Assembly (NCBI GenBank): GCA_963708025.1
Contig: CAVPSB010000019.1
Location: forward strand, 32,001 to 96,000
Source of the DNA: an uncultured Candidatus Rokubacteria bacterium
GTDB taxonomy: Bacteria > Methylomirabilota > Methylomirabilia > Rokubacteriales > DASRDR01
Direction of reading: 5' to 3'
DNA: 64,000 nt
The notes below the pieces were generated by a model. That model had not been told where the DNA came from and made no database searches. It worked only from the letters and a program-made list of their open reading frames with translations. Of this stretch, positions 51,293 to 60,196 are shown piece by piece (positions within the stretch are counted from its first letter, which is position 1; every line of letters starts with the position of its first letter). The position numbers were made by a program, and so were the translations under genes.

Positions 51293-52177
51293 TCAAGCGG
51301 TTCCCTTCGGCGCGGAGGAGATGTTCGAGGACGATTTCGAACCCTGCCCTGTTGACTGACCTGTCTCGCCGCCCGACGTGGCCTCGCGGGCGGCGACGAA
51401 GTCCTCGACGGCCCAGATGCGCACTGGCTCGGCAATGCCCCGAACCGCCGTCGGCGCGAGCGCTCGCAGGGTGAATCGCGGATCGAGGGCGTCGCGGACC
51501 GGCTCGGTCACCAGGATGTTGACGCCGAATGTCCGCGTGAGGTCCTGCACGCGCGCGGCGACGTTGACGGTACTGCCGACGACGGTGAACTGCACGAGGT
51601 CCTGACTTCCGACGAGGCCGGCGACGCCCACGCCGCGGTGGAGCCCGACTCCCAAGGCGAGGGGTGGCAGTCCCCTGGCCGCGAGCCGACCGTTGTAGTC
51701 GGCGAGGGCCGCCCGCATCGCCAGCGCTGCGTGCACCGCGTCGTTCGACTGCCAGGGGTTCAGGTCGATGGCCCCGAACAGCGCCAGGATCCCGTCGCCG
51801 ATCAGCGTCGAGATGTGCCCCTGGTGCTCGGCGATCGCCCGGCTCATGCGGTCGAAGTATCCGTTCAGGATCCCGACCAGCACGTCGGGGTCGATGCGCT
51901 CGGTGAGGGGTGTGAAGCCGACGAGGTCCGCGAAGAGCACGGTGACCTCCTTGCGCTCCCCTCTGTTCACACGAACGCCCCTCGCGATGACCTCCTCGAT
52001 GACGGCGTGGGGCGCGAAGCGCGCGAACGCATGCTGGAGCCGCTCGAGCTCCGCCGAGGCGGTGTCGAGCCGCTCGCGCAGTCGGGCGGCGCGTCGCCGG
52101 GCGCGAAGGAACGCCCAGAAGAATGCGACGACCAGGGCCCCGAGCGCCAACCCCACTGCCCAGGCCGCCGGCGTCAC
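51293..52177 (-). CDS. Membrane-anchored class III adenylate/guanylate cyclase
   Basis: N-terminal TM; VLFADLVGFT, LIGDGILALFGA, GVGLHRG, GSTVNVAARVQ. Confidence 0.88.
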   Translation of the reverse strand: MTPAAWAVGLALGALVVAFFWAFLRARRRAARLRERLDTASAELERLQHAFARFAPHAVIEEVIARGVRVNRGERKEVTVLFADLVGFTPLTERIDPDVLVGILNGYFDRMSRAIAEHQGHISTLIGDGILALFGAIDLNPWQSNDAVHAALAMRAALADYNGRLAARGLPPLALGVGLHRGVGVAGLVGSQDLVQFTVVGSTVNVAARVQDLTRTFGVNILVTEPVRDALDPRFTLRALAPTAVRGIAEPVRIWAVEDFVAAREATSGGETGQSTGQGSKSSSNISSAPKGTA

Positions 52178-53262
52178 GGGCAGTCCACCGCGAGGCAGAG
52201 TCGGCACACGGCGTTCGCGAGGGCCGTGACGCCGATCAGCTCGACGAGGTGGGCGTCGTCGAGCGAGCCGCTCAGGTCGCGCGCGCGCCGCTGGACCTGG
52301 ACCGGTCGGTAGCGTATCGTCTCCCGGGCAAACGGCACGATCACCGCCTCGAGGGCGTCGAGGGAGCCCGAGCCGAGGTGCGCGAGCGTCTCCTCGACCT
52401 CCGCGGTCTTCATTCCGCCGGCCTCGAGCAGGCGCGTCGCCTCGCGCTCCGCGGGTGGGCAGCCGATCCCGCGGGCGACGACCGCGAACACGAATGCCTT
52501 GGCGCGTGCCGGCAGGAGGGACGACTGCCACGCGCCGTCCAGGACGCCTCGCAGAGCGCGCGCGGCGGGTAGCCCGTCGAGCAGCTGGACGAGTCCCGAA
52601 TAGGGTCCGCTGCGGAGCTCCGGGGGCAGGACCTGGCGGTCTCCGCGAACCTGTCGCGCCCGGAGCCGTCGCCCGATCAAGGGAGCCAGCAATCCGAGCG
52701 CCCAGCCTCGCGAGAGGCGCTCGATCCGATCGACTGGCAAGGCGGGGATGGTCGCGAGGCGGTTGAAGTAGACGTGCGACGCCGCCACGAAGGCGAGCTC
52801 CCTGATCGCCTCCTCGCTCCAGCCGACGTCGCCCAGCGTCGTGCGATCGGCCCCGAAGGACCGCGGGTCGCCGCGCGAGATGTGGCGGGCAAACTCGAGC
52901 GCGGCGCCGTCCCGACGATCGAGCTGCGCTCCCACGAAATCGTCTTCGAGCTGGCGGATGCGTCGCTCGGGAAGGCCCTGCGCGCGCAGCAGGACGCGCT
53001 GCGTCGCGTAGCAGAAGCGGCACGAGTTGTCCTGGCTCACGACGAGGCCGATCAGATCCGCGAGGGTGAACGAGACGTGGACGAGGCGGACGCGGTACTG
53101 GTTCATCGTGATGAGCGATCGCACGATCCAGGGGCATCCCTCGAAGTAGGGGACGATCGTGGGGACCCGCCCCATCTCCTGGCGCACGTACCGCTCGACC
53201 GCGGCATCTCGCTGGGGCTCGAGGAGGCACCGCTCCCATTCGATGTCCTGTAACGCTTTCAT
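52174..53262 (-). CDS. Two-domain AhpD/carboxymuconolactone-decarboxylase-like protein
   Basis: LIGLVVSQDNSCRFCY CxxC, AALEFA; second AVVARGIGC repeat; overlaps cyclase start. Confidence 0.7.
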   Translation of the reverse strand: MKALQDIEWERCLLEPQRDAAVERYVRQEMGRVPTIVPYFEGCPWIVRSLITMNQYRVRLVHVSFTLADLIGLVVSQDNSCRFCYATQRVLLRAQGLPERRIRQLEDDFVGAQLDRRDGAALEFARHISRGDPRSFGADRTTLGDVGWSEEAIRELAFVAASHVYFNRLATIPALPVDRIERLSRGWALGLLAPLIGRRLRARQVRGDRQVLPPELRSGPYSGLVQLLDGLPAARALRGVLDGAWQSSLLPARAKAFVFAVVARGIGCPPAEREATRLLEAGGMKTAEVEETLAHLGSGSLDALEAVIVPFARETIRYRPVQVQRRARDLSGSLDDAHLVELIGVTALANAVCRLCLAVDCP

Positions 53263-53656
53263 GGTCCTCCCCGGGGGCCGGCTCGGAGCCCGGGGGATAT
53301 TATAGGAGAGGGACGGGAGACGGTCAGTTCGTCGGACGTATCCCCCGAAATCGAGGCCCGAGCTATGCTGAGCCAGAGCGGTTTCGACTGGGGGCTGGTA
53401 TCAAGGCTCCACCACATCGAGCGGGACACCACCGCGCCTTTCCCGGGCGCATTTTCTGCTTGACAGGATTTCCGATCGTGAGCTGAGGGAAGTCGCGGCC
53501 TCGGCCTGGGACCTCACTCAGCGGGTCGAGCCGGCCCGCAGCCCCGCGCGCCGCCGGCGCCGAGCCGAAAATCATTCCAGTTCGACGATCCGACGTCAGG
53601 AGCGCTCCCAGGTGGCCCGAAATTCGGGTGCTAGAGTGCGAGCCAGGAGGCTCGCC

Positions 53657-55015
53657 ATGCATCTTGCGACGACGCTTGCGCCTGCCACCAGCGCGGCTGA
53701 TCTCGACCGGCTCGGCGACGAGATCGCCGAGCTCTCCGCGCACCTCGACGCCGCCACCGCTCGACTGCTCACCCTGCTCCGCGAGTTCGACGCCCGGGGC
53801 GGCTGGGCCAACGGGGCCCGCTCCTGCGCCGAGTGGTTGAGCTGGCGGGTCGGGCTGGATCCGGGGGCGGCCCGGGAGCGGGTGCGGGTGGCGCGGGCGC
53901 TGGGTGCGCTGCCCCAGCTCGCGGCGGCCCTGGAGCGAGGGGAGCTGTCGTACTCGAAGGTTCGCGCCCTCACGCGGGTCGCCACGCCGGAGACGGAGGC
54001 GCGCCTCCTGGCGGTGGGGCGGGCGGGGACGGCGGCGCACGTGGAGCGGATCGTGCGGGCGTGGCGGCGGGTGGACCGGCAGGTGGAGGGGCGGGAGGCG
54101 GCGGCGCGTCACCGGGGCCGGTCGCTCCAGGTGTACCCGGACGAGGACGGGATGATGGTGGTGCGGGGGCGGCTGGAGCCGGAGGTGGGGGCGGTGCTGG
54201 TGCGGGCGCTGGAGGCGGCGCGGGAGGCGCTGTATGCGAAGGCTCGGGCGACAGCCGACACGGCGGTCGAGGCGGACCCGCCGACGCACAGCCAGCAGCA
54301 GGCTGACGCGCTGGCGCTGGTGGCGGAGACCGCCCTCGCGCAGGGGCTCGATCCGGGCGCGGGGAGCGAGCGGTACCAGGTGGTGGTCCACGTGGACGCC
54401 GCCGCGCTGGCCGACCCCGAGCAGCCGGGGCAGTCGGCCCTCGAGGACGGCGTGCGCGTTTCTGCAGAAACGTCGCGGCGCCTGGCCTGTGACGCGACCC
54501 GGGTGGTCATGCACCACGCCGGGGATGGGCAGGTGCTCGACGTCGGGCGGCGCACGCGGGCGATCCCGCCGGCGCTGCGCCGGGCGCTCCAGGCGCGGGA
54601 CCGGGGGTGCCGCTTCCCGGGCTGCGGGGTGCGCCACGCCCAGGGGCATCATCTCCAGCACTGGGCCAACGGCGGCCCGACGCGGCTCGACAATCTCGCG
54701 CTTCTGTGTCGACGCCATCACGGCGCCGTCCACGAGGAGGGCTACCAGGTCGAGCGGGAGGCCGACGGGACGCTGCACTTCCGCACGCCGCGGGGCCGGC
54801 CGATCCCCGAGGTGCCGGCGCCGCCGGGGGTGCCGTCCGACCCGACCTGGGCGCTGGTCACGGCGAATCGAGCGCGCGGCCTGGCGATCCACGCGCGCAC
54901 GGGCTGTCCGAGCTGGCTTGGCGAGCGGCTGGATCTCGGCTGGGCGATCGACGTCCTGCACCCCGCGGCCAATCCGCTCGAGTCCCGCCTTGCCGGCCGC
55001 TCACCTGGGGACTGA
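53657..55015 (+). CDS. DUF222-domain HNH endonuclease
   Basis: SCAEWLSWR, GELSYSKVRALTR, RDRGCRFPGC, HHLQHWANGGPTRLDNLALLCRRHH. Confidence 0.9.
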   Translation: MHLATTLAPATSAADLDRLGDEIAELSAHLDAATARLLTLLREFDARGGWANGARSCAEWLSWRVGLDPGAARERVRVARALGALPQLAAALERGELSYSKVRALTRVATPETEARLLAVGRAGTAAHVERIVRAWRRVDRQVEGREAAARHRGRSLQVYPDEDGMMVVRGRLEPEVGAVLVRALEAAREALYAKARATADTAVEADPPTHSQQQADALALVAETALAQGLDPGAGSERYQVVVHVDAAALADPEQPGQSALEDGVRVSAETSRRLACDATRVVMHHAGDGQVLDVGRRTRAIPPALRRALQARDRGCRFPGCGVRHAQGHHLQHWANGGPTRLDNLALLCRRHHGAVHEEGYQVEREADGTLHFRTPRGRPIPEVPAPPGVPSDPTWALVTANRARGLAIHARTGCPSWLGERLDLGWAIDVLHPAANPLESRLAGRSPGD

Positions 55016-55092
55016 GACGCATGACTCCGCCGCGCGCCCCACGCGGGTAGCGCGACCGCGTGCTGCTTCGACTGGGTGCTTCGACTGGGTGC

Positions 55093-55122
55093 TTGACCCG
55101 GCCGGGTCCCGGCGGCTAAGCT
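55093..55122 (+). promoter_or_regulatory. Putative sigma70 promoter of the LLM-gtdA cluster
   Basis: TTGACC-N18-TAAGCT. Confidence 0.4.
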
Positions 55123-55171
55123 TTCCGCACTTCCGCTCCCCGCCACCTCCAACCCGGAGGGGAGGCCGCCG

Positions 55172-56230
55172 ATGAAGTTCGGCATCGATTACTTCCCCGA
55201 CGCCCACCCGGACCGGGTGTCCGGCCAGCAGTACTTCGCGGACGTCCTCGACCTCGCCGAGGACGCCGACCGGCTGGGCTACGACAGCGTCAAGATCGTC
55301 GAGCACTACTTCACCTCCTACGGCGGGTATTGCCCCGACCCCTGCCTCTTCCTGGCCGCCGCCAGCCAGCGGGCTCGGCGCCTGCGCCTGGTCACCGGGG
55401 CCGTGCTGCCGGTGTTCAACCACCCGCTCAAGCTGGCCGGCCAGCTCACCATGCTGGACGCCATCAGCGGGGGCCGCCTGGACGCCGGCGTCGCGCGGGC
55501 GTTCCTCCCCTACGAGTTCGACGCCTTCGGGATCTCGATGGAGGAGAGCCGGGCCCGCTTCGAGGAGGGGATCGAGGCGCTGATCCGGCTGTGGACCGAG
55601 GAGAACGTCACCTTCGAGGGGAAGTTCCACCGGTTCAAGAACGTCACGTCGCTCCCGCGCCCCACCCAGCAGCCCCATCCGCCGATCTGGGTCGCCGCGG
55701 TGGTCACGCCGGAGTCCTTCACCTGGACGGGCCAGAAGGGCTACTTCCTCATGTGCGTGCCCTACATCGGCGAGCACCACGAGCTGGCCGAGAAGCTCCA
55801 CCTCTACCGCCAGGCCTACCGCGATCACGGCCACGAGGCCCGCCGGCCGCCGGAGGTGATGATGGTGCTCCACCTCTACGTGGCGCCGACGCGGCGGGAA
55901 GCCCGCGAGGAGTGCCGCCCCTACATGGAGCAGTACCTCCGGAACTTCCGGGCCTCGGCGAAGTCGTGGACGGGGCGGCAGTCCGGGCAGTACAAGCCGT
56001 ACTCGGCGCTGGAGCAGATGCTGAACGACATCACCTACGAGCGGGTGCTCGACGAGACGCGGGCCATCATCGGGGATCCCGACGACGTCGCCCGCCAGCT
56101 CAACTACATCCGGAGCACGTTCGGCGAGGTCTACCCGACGTTCCAGATCAACTTCGGCATGATGGAGAAGGCGAAGGCGCGCCGGAGCATCGAGCTGTTC
56201 GCCCGCCACGTCATGCCGCACTTCCGCTGA
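55172..56230 (+). CDS. LLM-class flavin-dependent oxidoreductase
   Basis: MKFGI, ADRLGYDS...EHYF, LDAISGGR, PTQQPHPPIW. Confidence 0.92.
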   Translation: MKFGIDYFPDAHPDRVSGQQYFADVLDLAEDADRLGYDSVKIVEHYFTSYGGYCPDPCLFLAAASQRARRLRLVTGAVLPVFNHPLKLAGQLTMLDAISGGRLDAGVARAFLPYEFDAFGISMEESRARFEEGIEALIRLWTEENVTFEGKFHRFKNVTSLPRPTQQPHPPIWVAAVVTPESFTWTGQKGYFLMCVPYIGEHHELAEKLHLYRQAYRDHGHEARRPPEVMMVLHLYVAPTRREAREECRPYMEQYLRNFRASAKSWTGRQSGQYKPYSALEQMLNDITYERVLDETRAIIGDPDDVARQLNYIRSTFGEVYPTFQINFGMMEKAKARRSIELFARHVMPHFR

Positions 56231-56315
56231 GAGCGTGTAAGAGAATCCGCTCCTCCGACCCCCCTCCCCCCCGGTGGGTGGGGGAGAGGGGGCTGGGGGG
56301 TGGGCGGGAGGTCCC
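56228..56315 (+). repeat. Repeat family B (G-rich), fills the LLM-gtdA spacer
   Basis: TGAGAGCGTG...CCCCTCCCCCCCGGTGGGTGGGGGAGAGGGGGCTGGGGGGTGGGCGGGAGGTCCC-aATG. Confidence 0.85.
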
Positions 56316-56316
56316 A

Positions 56317-57414
56317 ATGGATGCGAGCACCGCGACGCCGACCGCCGAGGCGACCGAGTTCTACCGGGAGCTGGAGAAGCAGCACCTGGTGGCGCTCTGG
56401 AACGTCAGCAAGAGCCTCTTGCCCAAGGAGCCGAAGAGCCGGTGCGTCCCCCACCTCTGGCGCTGGGACACGCTGCTGCCGCTGGTCCGGCGGGGGGCGG
56501 AGGTGTCGGGGCTCTCCCGCGCGGCCGAGCGGCGGGTCCTCGGCTTCATCAACCCCGGGCTGCCCGACCGGTTCGGGGCCACCCACACGCTCTGGGCCGG
56601 CTTCCAGTACGTGCTCCCCGGCGAGGTGGCGCCGGCCCACCGCCACTCGCCGGCGGCGATCCGCTTCGTGATCGAGGGGCAGGGCGCCTTCACCACCGTG
56701 GACGGGGACAAGTGCGTGATGGGGCCGGGGGACCTCGTGCTCACGCCGCCCTGGACCTGGCACGATCACGGGAACGAGAGCGCCGAGCCGATCCTCTGGC
56801 TCGACGGGCTCGACCTCCCCATGGTGGCCGAGCTGGAGGGGCAGTTCTACGAGCCCTTCCCCGCCGAGGCCCAGCCGGTCGGCAAGCCGGTCGGCGACTC
56901 CGAGCGCCGCTACGGGGTGGGCCAGCTCCGGCCGACGTGGGAGAAGTGGGCGGGACCGTTCTCGCCGCTCCTCAACTACAAGTGGGCGAAGACCGAGGAG
57001 GCGCTCCGCCGGCTGGCGTCGGTCGCCGGCGCCGGCAGCCCCTTCGACGACGTGGCGATGGAGTACATCAATCCCCACACCGGGGGACCGATCATGCCGA
57101 CCCTGGCCTGCTGGGCCCAGCTCATCCGACCGGGAGTGCGGACGAGGGCCCACCGGCAGACCGGCAGCGCCGTCTACCTGGTCTTCGAGGGGCGCGGCTC
57201 GAGCGTGATCGACGGCCAGCGCTTCGACTGGCGGAAGGGCGACCTCTTCGTCGTCCCGACCTGGGCCTGGCACGAGCACGCCAGCGCCGAGGGGGAGGCG
57301 ATCCTCTTCTCGGTGCAGGACACACCGGTCATGCAGGCCCTCGGGCTCTACCGCGAGCAGGCCTACCGGGAGCACGACGGGCACCAGCCGGTCACCGCTG
57401 TCTTCCAGGGCTAG
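56317..57414 (+). CDS. gtdA: Gentisate 1,2-dioxygenase-family bicupin
   Basis: AERRVL...NPGL, PGEVAPAHRHSPAAIRF, WTWHDHGN, WLDGLDLP. Confidence 0.85.
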   Translation: MDASTATPTAEATEFYRELEKQHLVALWNVSKSLLPKEPKSRCVPHLWRWDTLLPLVRRGAEVSGLSRAAERRVLGFINPGLPDRFGATHTLWAGFQYVLPGEVAPAHRHSPAAIRFVIEGQGAFTTVDGDKCVMGPGDLVLTPPWTWHDHGNESAEPILWLDGLDLPMVAELEGQFYEPFPAEAQPVGKPVGDSERRYGVGQLRPTWEKWAGPFSPLLNYKWAKTEEALRRLASVAGAGSPFDDVAMEYINPHTGGPIMPTLACWAQLIRPGVRTRAHRQTGSAVYLVFEGRGSSVIDGQRFDWRKGDLFVVPTWAWHEHASAEGEAILFSVQDTPVMQALGLYREQAYREHDGHQPVTAVFQG

Positions 57415-57415
57415 C

Positions 57416-57539
57416 GGGCGGGGCCGATGAGCGTCGCATCGCGTCGTCCTCGGTCGTCGCCGATCCTCGGCGTACTCGGAGTACGCCTGCGGTCGGCGAC
57501 TCCCTGCGTCCTAGCGCTGCTCGCTCCTCGGCCCCGCCC
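57416..57539 (+). repeat. Repeat family A, complete copy
   Basis: GGGCGGGGCCGATGAGCG...GGCGTACTCGGAGTACGCC...CGCTCCTCGGCCCCGCCC. Confidence 0.9.
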
Positions 57540-57629
57540 CGGGACGACAGGACCCGTGAGGCTACGACGGGTTCGTCAAGAGGGCCACGCCAGGACTGCG
57601 AGCGTGTCGGCCGCGAGGGGGAGGCGGCG

Positions 57630-58478
57630 ATGAGACTGGTGGTCTTCGACGACAACCGGCTCGGCGTGCTGCGAGACGGCGCGGTCGTGGACGTGAGCGA
57701 CCTGGTCGGCGCCGGGGCCGCCGACTGGCCACCGGTCTTCCTGCTGCGCGCGATCGCAGGGTTCGACCGGCTGCGCCCCCGGCTGGAGGAGGCCGCGCGG
57801 AGCCGCCCCGGCGTCCCGCTGGGGCAGGTCCAGCTCCGGGCCCCGGTGGTCTTCCCGAGCAAGGTCATCGCCGCCCCCGTCAACTACCGGGCGCACATCG
57901 AGGAGATGCGCCCGCTCATCAAGGGCGAGCTGCACGCGATCGAGAAGTACGGCGTGTTCCTCAAGGCCCCGTCCTCGGTCGTGGGACCCGGGGCGACCGT
58001 CGAGCTGCCATTCCCCGACCGCCGCACCGACCACGAGGTGGAGCTGGGGGTCGTGATCGGGAAGACCGCCCGCAACGTGGCGGCGGCCGACGCGATGGCC
58101 CACGTGTTCGGCTACACCGGCGTCATGGACATCACGGTCCGCGGCGACGAGGATCGCTCGACCCGGAAGTCGTTCGACACCTTCACGCCGGTGGGGCCCG
58201 TCCTGGTCACCGCGGACGAGATCCCCGACCCCCACGGCCTGCAGCTCCGGCTGTGGGTCAACGGCGAGCAGCGGCAGAACGGCAACACCCGGGACATGAT
58301 CTGGAACGTCCCCCGGCTCATCGAGTACGCCTCCCACGTCATGACGCTCTATCCGGGTGACCTCTTCTCCACCGGTACCCCGGAGGGGGTGGGGCCGCTC
58401 AGGCCGGGGGACGAGGTGACGCTCGAGATCGAAGGCATCGGCCGCATGTCGGTGAAGGTGGAACTGCGCAAACCCTGA
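57630..58478 (+). CDS. Fumarylacetoacetate hydrolase family protein
   Basis: NYRAH, FLKAPSS, DHEVELGVVIG, RKSFDTF, TGTPEGVG. Confidence 0.92.
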   Translation: MRLVVFDDNRLGVLRDGAVVDVSDLVGAGAADWPPVFLLRAIAGFDRLRPRLEEAARSRPGVPLGQVQLRAPVVFPSKVIAAPVNYRAHIEEMRPLIKGELHAIEKYGVFLKAPSSVVGPGATVELPFPDRRTDHEVELGVVIGKTARNVAAADAMAHVFGYTGVMDITVRGDEDRSTRKSFDTFTPVGPVLVTADEIPDPHGLQLRLWVNGEQRQNGNTRDMIWNVPRLIEYASHVMTLYPGDLFSTGTPEGVGPLRPGDEVTLEIEGIGRMSVKVELRKP

Positions 58479-58493
58479 GCGCGGGAGGGGGCC

Positions 58494-58940
58494 ATGCTGC
58501 AACAGCTCGACGGACTCCGGAAGTGGGGTCACCTGCTTCTCCAGCTGTTCCTCGGGTTCATCTTCGTCATGCACGGGGCCCAGAAGCTCTTCGGGCCCTC
58601 CTTCTACGGGTTCCCGTGGGAGGGGTACGTCGCGTACTTCAACAAGCTCGGCATCACGCCGGCGTCGTTCTGGGTGTGGGTCGTCACCATCACCGAGTTC
58701 TTCGGCGGCATCTCCCTCTTCCTGGGATTCCTGACGCGCTTCTGGGCCGCGGGTCTTGTGATCGACATGGCCGTGGCCATTCTCAAGAACCACATCAACG
58801 TCGGGTTCTTCTGGCTGACCCCGGGGGGCGGCCTGGAGTTCCCCTTGACGCTCGGCGTCGTGGCGCTGGCCCTGGTCTTCATGGGGCCGAGCTTCCTGGC
58901 GGTGGACCGGGCGATCGGCCTGGAGCGACGGACACCATAG
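58494..58940 (+). CDS. DoxX family membrane protein
   Basis: FVMHGAQKLFG, EFFGG...GFLTR, GGLEFPL. Confidence 0.9.
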   Translation: MLQQLDGLRKWGHLLLQLFLGFIFVMHGAQKLFGPSFYGFPWEGYVAYFNKLGITPASFWVWVVTITEFFGGISLFLGFLTRFWAAGLVIDMAVAILKNHINVGFFWLTPGGGLEFPLTLGVVALALVFMGPSFLAVDRAIGLERRTP

Positions 58941-58950
58941 GAGGACGGGA

Positions 58951-60189
58951 ATGAGCCAGGTGAGACGACTTTCCGGGGTGCTGCTGGCACTGGCCGTCGG
59001 GCTCTCCCTCGTCCCGCTCGCCGAGGCCCAGCGCCCCGACCGGATCAAGATCGGCGGCACCGTCGCGGTCACCGGCCGCTTCTCCTCCGACTGGGGGCCG
59101 GGGATCATCGAGTTCATGAAGGCCTGGGAGAAGCTGGTCAACGGCGAGGGCGGCGTCTTCGTCAAGGAGTACAACGCCAAGCTCCCCATCGAGCTGGTGC
59201 TCTACGACGACGAGTCGAGTCCCGACAAGTCGGTGGAGCTGTACGAGAAGCTGGCCGCCGTCGACCGGGTCAACCTGTTCATCGGGCCCGGATCGAGCCC
59301 CATCACCCTGCGGGCGTCCACGGTGGCCGAGCGGCTCAAGATCCCGATGCTCCTGGTCGAGGCCAACAGCCCGATCATCTACACGCGGGGCTTCCAGTGG
59401 ATCGCCGGCGTCGACCGGCCGGCCCAGTACTGGGCCATCCCGTACTTCGACGCGATCAAGGAGCTCCGCGAGAAGGGGGTGGCCAACTACCGGACGATCG
59501 CCTTCCTGGTCGAGGACAATCCGCACACCAAGGACGTCGCCGAAGGCGCCATCGAGCAGGCCAAGCGGATCGGGCTGGAGGTCGTGGCCACCGAGTCGGT
59601 GCCCTTCCAGACCAGCGACTTCTCGGCGGTCATCGCGAAGTTCAAGCAGCTCAATCCCGACATCGTCTACTCGTCGGGCTGGACGGTGACCAGCGTGCCG
59701 TTCGTCAAGCAGGCCCACGAGCTGGGGCTCAAGCCGAGGGAGCTCCACGTCATCCACCTGGTGCCGGAGTTCGCCCAGCAGGTCGGTCCCCGGCTGGCCG
59801 AGGGCGTGACCGGGGAGACCCACATCGCCCGGAAGCACCTGGACCAGCGCTACCTGGCGATCCTCAAGCAGCTCAACGTCGACGACCCGTACCCGTACAA
59901 GTCCCTCGTGCTGCCGATCCGCTACCTGGCGCTGGAGACGCTGCGGCGCGGGATCGAGGCCGCCGGGACCCTGGACCACGAGCGCTTCATGGCCTCGCTG
60001 CGCACGCTCCAGTTCGAGACGCCCCACGGCCCGCACCGGTTCAACTACAACGTGAAGCTCGGCACCCGGGTGCTGAACGGCATGGGGGAGAAGTACCTCT
60101 ACGCGGGCCAGTTCCAGAGCGGGAAGATCGTGATCTTCGGCCCGCCGGCGGCGGCGGACGGGGCGTACCGGCCGACGCCGCGGCCGTAA
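58951..60189 (+). CDS. ABC substrate-binding protein, Liv family
   Basis: Signal peptide; IKIGGTVAVTG, LYDDESSP, TSDFSAVI. Confidence 0.88.
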   Translation: MSQVRRLSGVLLALAVGLSLVPLAEAQRPDRIKIGGTVAVTGRFSSDWGPGIIEFMKAWEKLVNGEGGVFVKEYNAKLPIELVLYDDESSPDKSVELYEKLAAVDRVNLFIGPGSSPITLRASTVAERLKIPMLLVEANSPIIYTRGFQWIAGVDRPAQYWAIPYFDAIKELREKGVANYRTIAFLVEDNPHTKDVAEGAIEQAKRIGLEVVATESVPFQTSDFSAVIAKFKQLNPDIVYSSGWTVTSVPFVKQAHELGLKPRELHVIHLVPEFAQQVGPRLAEGVTGETHIARKHLDQRYLAILKQLNVDDPYPYKSLVLPIRYLALETLRRGIEAAGTLDHERFMASLRTLQFETPHGPHRFNYNVKLGTRVLNGMGEKYLYAGQFQSGKIVIFGPPAAADGAYRPTPRP

Positions 60190-60196
60190 GGCCGGG

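Noticed and set aside
51247-51777. DGR template/variable repeat, or CRISPR spacer
   Set aside because: No adenine-specific mismatches, no reverse transcriptase, no flanking direct repeats and no cas genes
53368-53414. tmRNA/tRNA-like pieces (CGGTTTCGAC...GGCTCCACCA)
   Set aside because: Only ~45 nt, no T-arm, and the first acceptor pair is mismatched; probably chance
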